Part shown: one piece after another, positions 47,225 through 59,434 of the stretch
How the letters are laid out: each line of letters begins with the position of its first letter
Numbering within the stretch: the first letter of the stretch is position 1
Assembly (NCBI RefSeq): GCF_964188315.1
Contig: NC_135662.1
Location: 7,564,001-7,628,000, forward strand
From: Podarcis muralis
Taxonomy: Eukaryota
Length of the DNA stretch: 64,000 nt
Direction of reading: 5' to 3'
Translations under genes and position numbers: made by a program
Notes under the pieces: generated by a model
Told to the model about the DNA's origin: nothing
The model's input: only the letters and a program-made list of their open reading frames with translations
The model's database searches: none

Positions 47225-48808
47225 TCTCTCTCTTTTTAAAATAATTTTTATTCTGGCGGAGATGACTGGCAGAATCCGTGACCAGGGGAAAGAGACAGTG
47301 GAAGAAGACTGGAAGAAATTTAAAATATATCTTAAAAATTGTTGTAAAATTGAGGAGTGTTAAGATGTCAAGGAGTTGGCAAATAGAGAATTGCAGCTGT
47401 AATCAATAAGTTAAAGAAGAACTTAAAAGAAATTGAATTGAATAATTAGTTAATTGGAGGAGTTGCTGAAGAAATGTAAAACAAGGATGCAGAAAAGGGG
47501 AGGTATGGGGAAGTCCGGGAAGTAAGGTGTATGAAAATAAGATTATGAAGTTATACATGTTTATATGTTTGTATGTCTGTGTATTGTGTATTGTTTGTTT
47601 TTATTTTGTGTTTGGAAAACCAATAAAAATTTATTTAAAAAAAAATTAAAATAATTTTTATTAACAGGCCAATCACATCACATTAATTGCAAATAACAAT
47701 AATTTCAAATTACACAGCCAAATTTTTTAAAAAAATTGTTGGGGGTACCCATGCTTCAAGCTCCGAAAGGGATCCAATCATCTCTCTTACTGCTGCTTTA
47801 ATTACACAGTTCTGTCAAAATAATATTCACAGTTCTGTTCAATCTTCTCTTTGTTGTTTTCCTCATCTTCTTGTTGTTATCTCCTTTCTTTGTGATTTCT
47901 GATAATCTCCACAAGCAGGTTGAAGACAAACGTCGTTATTTCCTGTGTGGATTTTACACTCATCCAAGAGCCATAAAAGTAGACAGACGCCATTTCAACA
48001 CCTCCGTACAAAACATTCTGACAGTCTGTCCTGATCTCCCCAGGCCTGCCGCTCCCTCATAAATTTTCTCAGGGGGCCCTGCTAGGCCGAACCCATACTC
48101 CAACATAGTAACAGCCATAGTCCTCCTCCCCCTGGATTCCTGCGGGCGGGCCTGCCATGATAAATCTCTTTTTACAGCTGCGTCACAAAAGACTTACTTT
48201 CGTTTCCCAATGCTCCCATAAGCCATGTCCTTACATAGTAATTAATTTCCACACATTTCTTATTCCCCCTGCTTGTGATCAGTAATTTCAACGATTCTTT
48301 TTTTTTGGGGGGGGGGGATTATTGGGTTCTCACATAAGACAAAAAAAAAAGAAAAGTTTTTCTCCCCCCTCCTTTTCAGTCTCGCTCCGACATACCAATC
48401 CTTTGATGAATCTTCTTCTTGATTTATTCATCTTCTTGATTTAATGTTAAGTCCAGCCTGTCGCTCCTCTTCCAAGAGATTCCTTTAGTTAGCAGTCCTT
48501 ACTCCCGATCCTCGCTTGAAGTATGTGCGTTTGCTTCTGTTCTGATTGTTTATTTTGAGCTCCCGCAACTAGCTGCGCAGATCAGAGACAGCATCCAGGA
48601 GAGCCGACCCACACGAGGGCTTTTGTGCCTAGTGCCCTCACCCTCTTTCGAATCTGGGGGTGAATTATGGGCACAGCAGGCAAGGCAGCGTTCCCCATTC
48701 CCTTGGGGTAATGAGGGAGGCTGCATACTCCCATAACAGCCTCTTAATTACCTCGTGTGAGCCGGAGAGATGTTATTGTTGGACATCTTCTGATGCGCCC
48801 CCTAGTGC
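47225..48808 (-). mobile_element. Unclassified ~1.2 kb non-coding retroposon with nested L1 fragment
   Basis: 21-bp TSD cccccttgaaaactggctctc at 47204-47224 and 48809-48829; aataaa near 3' end; empty site at ~29710. Confidence 0.75.
47253..47645 (+). mobile_element. L1 3' fragment (393 bp) nested in the above
   Basis: 17-bp TSD ttaaaataatttttatt (47236-47252, 47646-47662) at a TT/AAAA site; EEDWKKFKIYL ORF2 end; aataaa + poly(A). Confidence 0.8.
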
Positions 48809-49589
48809 CCCCCTTGAAAACTGGCTCTCACTGGCATGCAGTGATGGCCACCAACTTGGAAGGCTTTAAAAGAAGAATACACAAATTAACTCCGAATAGG
48901 CCTATCAATAAATACAAATCATGGTGGAGGCTGTGCTCTGCTTCCACAGCACAAGGCAATGTGCTTTTGGATACCAGCTGCTGAAAATTGCAGAAGGGGA
49001 GAGTGCCTTTGTGATCAGGCCCTGCCTGCACATTTCCATCATGTATCTGGTTCAGCAGTATGAGAACAGGATGGTGGAATCAATGGGCAATTGGCCAAAT
49101 TCATCAGGTCCTTCTTATGGTCTTAGATTCACTTCCTTGGGAGTAGGTCCTATTGAATTCTAAAGGACTTACTTCTGAGTAGACATATATAAGATTGCGC
49201 TGCATGCATGCCATTTATTTGTGGTGCTGGATGAGTATAGCTATGGGCAGAAACATTATTCTTTGATTCAGTTAACAGCAGAAACAGACAACGTAGCAAC
49301 CAAGATTTAACAGTGTTAACAACAACCATAGATTTTTCCATATTATGTGATTCCATCTCTGTTCTTTTTATGCTGCTTTTGAGGCAGCAGTCAATTTGTG
49401 TTTTGTCCTATCCATGATAGTCATTTTCTGACTTTACCTCTTGAACATTTCAAAAACATTTCCTCCACTGGCGAAAACTGGCTTAGTAGGAGCTAGAAGG
49501 CCTAGATGGGACTGAAGTGATAAAGCTCAAAGTGATGACCTTTTAGAGCTTCCATAGCTTGAGTTTCAGTGGCGGTCTTGACTCCGTAG

Positions 49590-49790
49590 AGTTTTTCTCA
49601 TTCCAGAAGGCTTCTGGGATATGACTTTAATACTCTGCCTACACCTGCCTCTCTTCTGTCTTCCAACAGGGAAATAAATCAAAGGGTTAACACAACAGTT
49701 CAGGCAGGCACAAAAGTAGTCGTAATATAGGATCTAGGGAGGTTCTGAACTGAAAACAAAAATGCTGTTGCATAAGGCATTCAAAGTGTG
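49590..49790 (-). pseudogene. MRGPR TM6-TM7-helix 8 remnant
   Basis: Translates LNALCNSIFVFSSEPP*ILYYDYFCACLNCCVNPLIYFPVGRQKRGRCRQSIKVI. Confidence 0.8.
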
Positions 49791-50153
49791 TGTAGAGGTT
49801 CCCTTCTGCCAGCCAAATCTACTTTCCCACCCCAGCCTACATCTTTCCCCAGCAGCTCCAACCGCAAGCTCAGAGCTCCCTGAATACATTAAATGAATGT
49901 ATGAATACAATGGACCCAGGCTTCCTCCATAGTCGTATACTATCTAGATTTATAAAATAATAAGAATAATAAGAAGTTCATCAAGTCCATCCATCTGTTC
50001 AAGACTGAGATTCTATGCACACTCTGAAATCAGTAGCCAGCACTGAGCACAGGTCAACAAGGTTACAGACAGAAATTTGTAAATTGGGAACTAGATTGTG
50101 TCATCAGACTCACAGTGATAAAGACAGATTTTGGCAATATTTTTGAGCCATCA

Positions 50154-51113
50154 TCACTGAGTTTCCAAAGAGATCTCCCCTGCCTCTGCAGGGTTTTCAT
50201 CCTCTTTGAAAACATTCTGGAATGTGGCTTTCATGCTCTGCCTACGCCTGCCTCTTTTCTGTCTTCCAACCAGGAAATAAATCAAAGGGTTAACACTGCT
50301 GTTCAGACAGGTGAGCATGTAGCCATATTTAAAGAAAGAAGGAGGTTCTGAATCAAGAAAAAGAGTGATGGCATAGACATTGAGTGGAAAAGATAAAATG
50401 ATGAAGAAGAAGAGAGCAAGCAGGACAATAATTAGAAGTTTCCCCCTCCTCCTCTGGTGTGATTTAAAGCAGACCCTGACGAAAAGGATCAGAGTGGAGA
50501 CAGTCATGAGTGGGAGGCAAAGGAAGCCACTCACAAAAATCTGAATGTTCACTGTGTTATAAACACTGAAATCAGCCAGAATGAGAGTGAAGTGAATTGC
50601 AAGGGAAATAGAAGAATGTCCCCATATTGAGGCACAAACAGCGATGGACATATTTGGTGGTCGGTGGCATCGATGCCAAAGTGGGAAAAGGACAGCCGCA
50701 CACCTATCAATGCTGATGGCTGTCAGCAGAAATTGACCCGTGGTGTACATAAATAGGGAAGTCACTAAAAGCATGACATCTGCTAGGTAAGTGTATTTTC
50801 CCACTATGAAACACATTCTATTAATAAATACAACTGTGAGGAAACCAAAGTCAGCTATGGAGAGGTTCAGGATGTAAGTGGTGAAAGGAGTCCTCTTAAT
50901 GTAGAAACCAAGCAGCCAGATGACAGTGCCATTCCCCAAAAGCCCCAAATTGCAGATTAAAACGTAGCTGATAGTCAATATATACTGTCTTAATGTCAAT
51001 TCTGCATAAATAACAATGTAGCTATTGTTAGAGAGAACAGTTCCATTCTCTGTTCCGTAATATTCCTCTCCAGCATTCATTGGGGACAGTGATGGGAGGG
51101 TGTAATTGACCAT
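50154..51113 (-). CDS. MAS-related GPCR paralog 9, intact (319 aa)
   Basis: Uninterrupted ORF with MRGPR motifs; acceptor 40 nt before ATG. Confidence 0.93.
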   Translation of the reverse strand: MVNYTLPSLSPMNAGEEYYGTENGTVLSNNSYIVIYAELTLRQYILTISYVLICNLGLLGNGTVIWLLGFYIKRTPFTTYILNLSIADFGFLTVVFINRMCFIVGKYTYLADVMLLVTSLFMYTTGQFLLTAISIDRCAAVLFPLWHRCHRPPNMSIAVCASIWGHSSISLAIHFTLILADFSVYNTVNIQIFVSGFLCLPLMTVSTLILFVRVCFKSHQRRRGKLLIIVLLALFFFIILSFPLNVYAITLFLDSEPPSFFKYGYMLTCLNSSVNPLIYFLVGRQKRGRRRQSMKATFQNVFKEDENPAEAGEISLETQ

Positions 51114-51967
51114 CGTGATCAGTCTTTGCTTTTCTACTTTGTCTGGTGTTTTCCTGCTGGAAGAATTTAGAGAATGGTAGAATTAGTCTTTATTAACGGA
51201 AATAAGCAAAGACAAAGCTAAAGCTTTGGCGATTAGTCTTTCATACTTTGTAGCTATTTTGGAGTGGGTGGTTAAGGTGAAATGACTTGCTCTTTAATTG
51301 CCAGGTAAAGGGGCCAGTGGGGCTTGCAGCTACCTGAATATATTTGGGGTTTCAGAGAGTCTCTATGATAGGGTTCCCATATTCCCCAAAGTAAAAATGC
51401 TTCCCAGGGCAAGGAACATAGCTCTGTGGTGCAACATCTGCCTCCTGTGTTGAAGGGTTCCATCCCTGACACCAACAATGAGTGTATACCCTTGTCTGAA
51501 ACCCTTGAGAAGTGTTGTCAGCCAGAGTCCCACAACCATAGAATGTTAGAGTTGGAAGGGACCCAAGGGTTATCTAGTCCAACCCCCTGCAATGCAACAA
51601 TGTAAAGCAATACTGGGCAAATTGGAAGCAGCCAATGTGGCATTGTGATTCCAATTTTGGAGTAAGATCTGGGAGACCAGCGTTCAAATTCCCACACAGA
51701 CATAAAACTCACTGGGTAACCTCAAACCAGAGTTCCTCAGCCTGACCTATCTCACAGGTTTGTTGTGAGGATAAAAAGAGGAGCAAGACGAACCATGTAC
51801 ACCGCCTTGAATGCCTTGGAGGAAAGGTGGGTATAAATAAATTAATGGACTAAATTTTAGGAGGCAGCTTCCTATACTTTTCTGTTCCTAAAACCTCATG
51901 CAGAATCTTTCACAGCTGTGTTATCTTTTTACCTTTTAACCCCAGGGGTTGAAGCTGTGCATGCTGC

Positions 51968-51968
<1 letters not shown>

Positions 51969-52003
<35 letters not shown>
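51969..52003. repeat. (AAT)n microsatellite (other units have (CAT)n here)
   Basis: Direct. Confidence 0.9.
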
Positions 52004-52004
<1 letters not shown>

Positions 52005-52076
52005 TGCTTTGTTCAGGCACAGTAATTACGCCTCTTTCTGCTCTTTAAAGCGAATAATTTCTAACTTTTCGCTTAC

Positions 52077-52132
52077 CTGTGACTAATGTTGGATCAGATA
52101 CTGTGATAGAGAGAGAACCAGAATAAGTAATC
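52077..52132 (-). other. Upstream (non-coding) exon of paralog 9
   Basis: cacag| acceptor, cacag|gtaagc donor, ACA in place of ATG. Confidence 0.6.
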
Positions 52133-53959
52133 CTGTGCTTGAAGATTTGCAGACACCAATGCAACTCCCAAGTCTTGAGGAAACATTCAATGCATTTAAG
52201 AGCTCATGACAAGATGTGCTGGATTGTGCCTGCTTGCCTTCATTTATGCTTAATCAGTTTGCCAGTGTCATGTGACAAGAGAAAAATGATTATCATTGGG
52301 TTGTCAATATAGTCTTTAGAGGATTGTAATCATGCACACTAACAGCCACTTTTGTAAAATATACAAAAGTGCTTTGAAAGGTTCTAAACTTCCATAGCCT
52401 GCAAGTACGTTTTAAGCACTGAGAAGCACTTTGCTCCCCACCAAGGAGATTTCCAAAACACCGGGGGAAAGAGAGTCCAGCTAATGGGCTAGAAAGAGCA
52501 GGATGATGATACAGTAGGGATACAGAACCTTTCTCCAGCAAGAGGACCTTTTTGTTTTCAGGGAAATCTCTTAGTAGGGGATACATATAGCCAATCTACT
52601 CCAACTTGTAAGCAGAGAGACCTCTCTGGATAAAAGTAGGATGCTTGAAATCTCTCAAGCCTCTTTGCTCCCAGGTGCAAGCTACACAAATTCTTTGCGT
52701 GGCAGGAGAGAGTGCAGGAAGGTAAGGAAGGCCCTTCTCATGGCAGAATTGGGGTGAATGGGAAGGATGAAGGCAGAAAAGGGTGCAGAAAGAATTTGGG
52801 AGTGATATTTGGTCCTCTGCTTCAGGCAGCAAAATATCTTGCGCCAGCACTATTGCATCATGTCTTTTCTTTCTGCTTTTTTCTCCTTCTTTTTGGTGTC
52901 CTCACATATTTCTGTTCCTTCATGCCCCTCCTCGAAGGCAACCTTTATTGCGAAGCTTCTGGACTCCTTTTTCTTCATCTCTCCTTCAGTCTGTGTTGGT
53001 ATCCAGCCCAACCATACACACATCAATTCTCAAGCCATGCATACGTTCAAACCTCTGAATAAATAAATATAGGAAACTGCCTTGTACAAGGTCAGACCAT
53101 TATTCTACCTAGCTCACATTGCTGACACTGACCAGCAGGGATATAGGCAGGAATCATTCCTGTCCCTACCTGGGGCTGCCACTGAGTGAATCCAGGACTT
53201 TCTGCACGCTAAGCTAAAGCTCTGCAGATGAACAAGAGCCCTCAGAACACCTGCAAGCATAAAGTGCATATGTCTCTGGAGACTTTGATAAGCGTTTTCT
53301 TTTTTTCTTTTCTTTTTTGAATATATATTGTAGTCTGTGCCAGAATGATGAATGGTGGACAGACTTGTGGGGGAAGCATTGCAGCTATGAAATTTACATG
53401 ATTTTGACCAAATTCACTGCAAGATGCACAGCTGAGTCCATTGATCTCCACCTCTTCTTAGCTTGCCGGCCTCATACAGGGAGAATGAAATGTTATTTTA
53501 TCACCTGTCAATATAGTCATTAGTGACCTTAGAGGAGAAGCCTCTTGCCACATGAGGTTTTCTCTCCTAAAAGAGCAGAGTGAGTTTTCTGCTTTAGGCA
53601 GCTGGTTTTTGGTATCATGTATTTGCCCAGGTGGGGACACGGGTGGTGCTTAAGACTTGTCGATCAGAAGGTCGGCGGTTCGAATCCCCATGACGGGGTG
53701 AGCTCCCATTGCTCAGTCCCTGCTCCTGCCAACCTAGCAGTTCGAAAGCACGTCAATGTGCAAGTAGATAGATAGATAGATAATACTTTATTCGGCTATA
53801 AGCCCACAAGGTAAAACCAATCAATAAATAAAATAGCATTTTACATTCTAAAATATCAACTAAAATATTTCAACGCATAATCTCCTTCACGTTACATACA
53901 ATCTCTAGATGTACCATATTGTGGCCTTGAATATAAAGATGGTGGATAGAGTTTACTAG

Positions 53960-56900
53960 ATTTTTAATAGTCATGCAGCATTCCATGAAGTCTTTTATAT
54001 GAAAGAACTGAATTCAGGAATCTGGCAACCTGTCATGTTCTATAAGAGTCAATGTCCTGGAGTAGATAGGCTAGATGTAATTCAGGTGGTTTAGCAACAG
54101 TTTCCAAAATGATTGAACTCAGAATCCTTGATCGGGGAACAATATATAAAGGACAATTAAAGAAGAAGAAGAAGAAGAGTTTGGATTTGATATCCCGCTT
54201 TATCACTACCTTAAGGAGTCTCAAAGCGGCTAATATTCTCCTTTTCCCTTCCTCCCCCACAACAAACACTCTGTGAGGTGAGTGAGGCTGAGAGACTTCA
54301 AAGAAGTGTGACTAGCCCAAGGTCACCCAGCAGCTGCATGTGGAGGAGCGGGGAAGCGAACCCAGTTCACCAGATTAGGAGTCCACCGCTCTTAACCACT
54401 ACACCACACTGGCTCTCCATAAACAAGATATGATAAAGGGATTCTATTGATTTGTTGTCACATGCGCATAAAACAGAGGTTTTACCATTAGAAAATCTAT
54501 TGCTCAGCACATTTGAGGGGAACACATTAAATCTGGCTCTAACAAAAGCGAATCTATGCGACGCAACCGATAAGGTAGACAGATATCGAGGTATCTGGGA
54601 CATAAATGTAATGCTCTGATTTATCGGGGAACATGTACCTCCACCTGTAGTAAGATTTTGTTGCAAATCAACCTCCTCCAATCTTTGTTTGATGACCTTT
54701 TCTGCTGTAATTAGATCTAAATTTAGTATATCGGAAGGAGAGATTCCATAAGACAACAGTTTGGAATGGATTTTTGTTGCCCATGGGCTGGTAAATTCAT
54801 CTCTCCAAAGGCACTGAATAAGATGGTAATTGGGCAATTTATGCCAAAGGGACAGCCAGTAATTAAAGGCATGTCTCCACATCAGGATCTCTAAGGAGGG
54901 GGCCTTAAGTTCTAAGCGAATAGCCGAGTTGCTTACACAGGAGGGTAGTTTCAAAAGGCGTCTGAGAAAAAGATTTTGCAATGTCACCAGAGGCATGAGG
55001 TTTACAAAAGCGCCCCATAAAGGGACCGCATAGGCCATAGTTGCAACCACTTTTGCACTATAAACTTTTAAGGCAGATGGAACATGCATAGCCGCCTCTG
55101 TAAAGAAAAAGCGTAATAGAGCGTAGATAAGGGCTTTGCCCTTATTTTGTAAGTATGTGATATGCGCTTTCCATCCCATATTATGCTGGAAGTAAATTCC
55201 TAGATATTGAAATTTGTAGACTTGTTCAATTGGCTTCCCCTCGAGTTCCCACCTATACAATTTACGACTCCTGGAAAAAATTAGGACTTTAGATTTGGAA
55301 TGGTTAATAGTAAGTAAATTTGTTTGGCAATATAACGCGAAGATCTTAAAGGCCCTCCTCAAACCGATTCTTGAATATGAGAGGATCACCGCATCGTCAG
55401 CGTACAATAGTAAGGGGCAGCGATAGTCTGCAAGCCTGGGTGCATGAATGGTGGTTTGGGCCTCAACTAGGGGAGTTCTCATGTCACTAATATAGAGGTT
55501 AAAGAGATAGGGGGCAAGGATACACCCTTGCCGTACCCCCTTATTTATTGGTACAGAGTTTGTGAGATCGCCCTCAGGTGTTAACCTCACCCTAGCGGCC
55601 GTCCCTTCATGTAATTTGATCATAAGCCACAACAGCCTTTTATCTATGCCCCACTTTGCCAATTTTTCCCATAGCAGCTCTCTAGAGATACTGTCAAAAG
55701 CCGCCTTCAGGTCTATAAAAGCGGCACATAGAAGACCATGAGTGGGGGAAGAATACTTCCGCGCCAAATGATATAGAATTATTGCATGGTCAATAGAAGC
55801 ACGATTTGGTCTAAACCCGGCCTGTTCATGGCCTATCAGATTGGAATCTTCGGCCCATTGGGTTAGTCTGGTTAGCAAGAAGCGAGTATAGATTTTTCTG
55901 ATGATTGATAATAAACTGATATTACGATAGTTTCCTGGGTCCTCTGGTGGTCCTTTTTTATATATAGGAATTATGATGGACTCCTTCCATGATCTAGGTA
56001 TCTGGCCCGTGGCATTAATTGCATCAAAGATTTTTGCAAGAATTTTGGCCCACCATGCTGGGTGTTGTTTAATAGCTTCCGCCGGGATCAGATCGGGCCC
56101 TGGGGCTTTATCAGTTTTCAGTTTAGCAATTAAATCAACTATTTCCTCCGGGTCAGTATCTGGCCATATGGGCAAGTGACATGAAAGGGTATCAGAATGA
56201 ATGTTAGAGATAACTGTCTGGGAGAAATATTTTCTTAGAAATTGTTCCCATGTCGGGGCTGGTATAACCGTCAATGGGTATTTCCTCGATCTTTTGTTGA
56301 TTAAATTCCAAAAACCACAAGAGCTGCGAAGCTTAGAGGCAGCAATCAGCGCTTGCCAATGTCTTAGCTGCCATTCATGCTTGGCTGACTTCTGTGCCTG
56401 TTTGTAAGCAATTTTGGCCTGCAAGTACTCTGGCGGAAGAGTTTCAGCTCCAGAAGATTTATATCTGTTGTAGATACAACAGAGAGATTCTAGCTTGCTT
56501 ACATTTGGAATCAAACCAAGGTGCACCGAACCTGGGTTGATCTCGGTTAACCAGGTGAGTCGGCATCATAAAGAAGCTAGTTAAATCTGCAGAGAGGTGG
56601 GAGAACCACTCCAATATCCTATTTGGTTCAGACAACTCCGCCACTGAAACAATAAGGGGTTCGGAGATATTCCTCGAAGAATTCTGCGTATTTTGGGGCC
56701 TGTTTCATAGACCATTTAATGCTTCTTACTTGAGCTGCGGCATTTAAACCTACATGAATTGGGTGTGAACCGCTAACCGGGTGCCAGTCAAGCGTTAGCT
56801 TGGCCGCTAGAGGTAGGTGGTCACTGGATTGTACATTGTCTACTTTAAAATAAAAGAAGTTTGAGAATAGGTCTTCTGAAACTAGAAGGTAGTCTAGGAC

Positions 56901-57602
56901 ACTATTTGATGTTGTGCCCAAATGAGTGAATTCTCCTGGCACGTCCGGAGGGCAATTGCCATTCAAAATGTTCAAATTCATACGAATGGCCAATTGATAA
57001 AGAAGGACTCCCGCCTCATTCACTCTGATGTCCTTAGATCTTGATGTAAAAGAGATTAAATCAGATTTTGGGTAGGGGGGAGGTACCCACCACTTGGCCT
57101 TGATTATCCCATCCCAATTGGCAGCTGTACGTGCATTAAAGTCACCACCCATTATCGATGGAATATTAGGGTACATAACATAGCATGCCAATAAATGATC
57201 TTCCAGAGAATCCCATCTATAATGGAGGTCCGATATAAGACCACCTGGAGGAAGATAAACGTTGGTGATTAATAGGGAGAATTTTTCGCTTGAAATCAGA
57301 CCTGTAAAGGCAAAAGGAGGAAAAGTCTGAAGTAGCGAGAGTTTAGCACTCATTTTAAGTGATATGGCGATTGCAAGACCACCTCTGGACCGGCCACCTT
57401 TTTGGGAGGGACTAGCTGGAAGTGATATCAGTTCAAAGCCATTTATATCTATCTTATCTTCTTCCCGTGTTTCTTGCAAAAGGATTATCTGAAAAGAGTT
57501 TATATAGGACAAAAATTCGGGATCTAATCTTTTCCTTTTCCAGCCAGCAATATTCCAACTTAGGACTGCTAGCTGGGGACTTCTGTGTTGTTCTTTTAAC
57601 AG
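53960..57602 (-). pseudogene. ORF2 (APE-RT) of the RTE-X-like LINE, two frameshifts and a SINE insertion
   Basis: LSWNIAG, LQET, MGGDFNAR, SDHLPL, PWFDSKC, KAPGPD, EQAGFR, FIDLKAAFDS, GVRQGCILAPYLFNLYI, LLYADD, YLGIYF. Confidence 0.88.
54161..54417 (-). mobile_element. Squam3-like tRNA SINE inserted in the LINE zinc-finger codons
   Basis: Same family as 26708-26962; removing it restores HILF-NCPLY. Confidence 0.88.
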
Positions 57603-58207
57603 TCAAAGCGAAGGAGGGGCAGACTCTCTGGAAGAGACAGAAGATGTAACAAAAAAATCAGTTATTTTACATTGGGAAGATGGTAACTGTGAGGAGCCCT
57701 CCAAATTAAAATTTTTAACAATTTGGTTCGACTGTTGGAACACCGAGGATGATCTACTAGAAGTAGATCCCTGAACAGGAAGTCTCTTCATTTCGAAATT
57801 CTTTGTACAACTTGACAGAGAAATACCCAGAGAGGGAGAAATTAAGTCCGTCGGAAGAAACCCTCTAGCAGATTTATCATCAGGCATTAGGATGATTTTA
57901 TTGATGCGTCCCATCGGGTCTTCAATCGTTTCCGACGACGGGTCCCGAAGTGTAACATTCACATTTTCCTTTAAAGAAGGTAGTTGAGGGGACATCACAG
58001 GGCGGTAATTGCGGAAGACTCTCTCAGGGGCATCACTTGTGGTCTACTTCTATATCTGGTCGAAACTGGAGAAGATTCTAGCTCTGGCATAGATGAGTGA
58101 GTTAAAGAGGGATTTGAGTCAGGCAGGGAAATCAGAGTTTCGTCCTTAGGTGTGTTGGTCGATGGATGTAGATGAAGGTTAAGTGAGGATAGCAGAGCCT
58201 GGTCGTC

Positions 58208-59434
58208 TCATGGAATAGCACTGGGGGCAGAAACAACTTGAAGATTTGAGTCTTGCAGGATGGTGTTTTTTTTCAAAGTGGGGCTGAGCTGAAGAAGGTT
58301 GACCACTTCTGTCTGGTGAACCCAAGTGGGGTTGTTTGAAGCATCATTAGTCTCTTCCCCTCTGTGTTGGACTTGCAAAAGCTGTGATTTAAGCGTGTCA
58401 AATCTTTGCATCATCACCGACTGTTCTTTCGGAGGGAGGGCTCTGAACGAATCAATAAGTTCCCTTTCATCAAGGGCAGTCTGCAGGTTTCCGTCCTCAT
58501 ATATGGCTGTTTGAGAGGGTATCGAGATTGGTCGAGAATGGCACGCTGCAGAATCATCGCAATGGGGCCTGACAGTATTTTGAAGTAAGGCAGAGTCTCT
58601 TGTCCTAATGTCCTCACCGCCAGGGCACCTATTTAGAAGGGGTATGATCTTGCTATCTGCAAAAACCCTCGTTGCTACGATATCGGCCATGGACAAAAGC
58701 GTTTTCCGCCTAACAATAATAGATGGTATCTTTTCAGAGTGGAACGCAAGTATCACCTTCAAGAAGTTGGTCTGTCGGAACAGGGGCATCACCGCATATA
58801 GGTCAATCTGGTGTTTCTTAATTTTTAAAAGTTTGCTTAAACAGTCTTTAGCCCCTTCTAGCGATGACCATCTTCCTATTTCCGACCTGACAGAAAGGCA
58901 ACTTTTCTTGGGTTGCAGAGTTAATATCTGATTATTCAATTGGGAATTTAAGATATATTTAATTTTAGTCTCCTTTCTATTATCTTAATTGGGGTGAGGC
59001 AATAAGTTTTTGACCTCACAAACTGAAGATTGTGTTGTTGATTCAAGTTTTTCGACTTTCAGCAGGATATTGGATAATTGTGAAGATACCTCATCCAGCC
59101 TTTTAAAGATACAGTGAAGGGTCTTAATTACTAAGTGTAACTGCTCACAACTGGGAAACTCCCCCATATCAGATGTTAAACCATCATCCTGTGTTGCGAG
59201 TTTTTCTTTCATATTCTCCTTTACAGGCTTTACTTTTGAAAAATTTTGAGTCGTCAGAGTTGGAGTGGCTTCTAAATCAATTAGAGGTAGGAAGCGATTT
59301 TGGGTTTCCACCGCAAAGCAATGCTCAGCATTGTCACTCCCTCTTCTATTCCAGTGTGGCACCAACCTTGATAGTTTTGGTTTAGGGGATGATAGGGGCT
59401 CGTCACAGTCTCTCAAGCGTTTGTTCTGACCCAT
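58208..59434 (-). pseudogene. ORF1 of the RTE-X-like LINE (one in-frame TAA at 58985-58987)
   Basis: ORFs 58985-59434 and 58208-58939 are in the same frame; TQNRFLPL motif and short coiled coil; position upstream of APE. Confidence 0.65.

Larger units (their letters stand above)
44161..53310. repeat. Segmental duplicate of 26170-33720 + 42606-42800 (unit carrying upstream exon, MRGPR gene and its 5' region)
   Basis: Co-linear high similarity including shared MITE/SINE; differs by unit-specific insertions. Confidence 0.9.

Noticed and set aside
51325-51340. Conserved minus-strand cag|gtag possible donor ~180 nt above the coding exon acceptor in several paralogs
   Set aside because: Weak consensus, no matching acceptor identified, and conservation is explained by paralogy; needs transcript data
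54367-54417. C-terminus ESQCGVVVKSGGLLIW of the 719-aa RT ORF
   Set aside because: Read-through into the inserted SINE; the native frame resumes at ~54160 (NCPLY)
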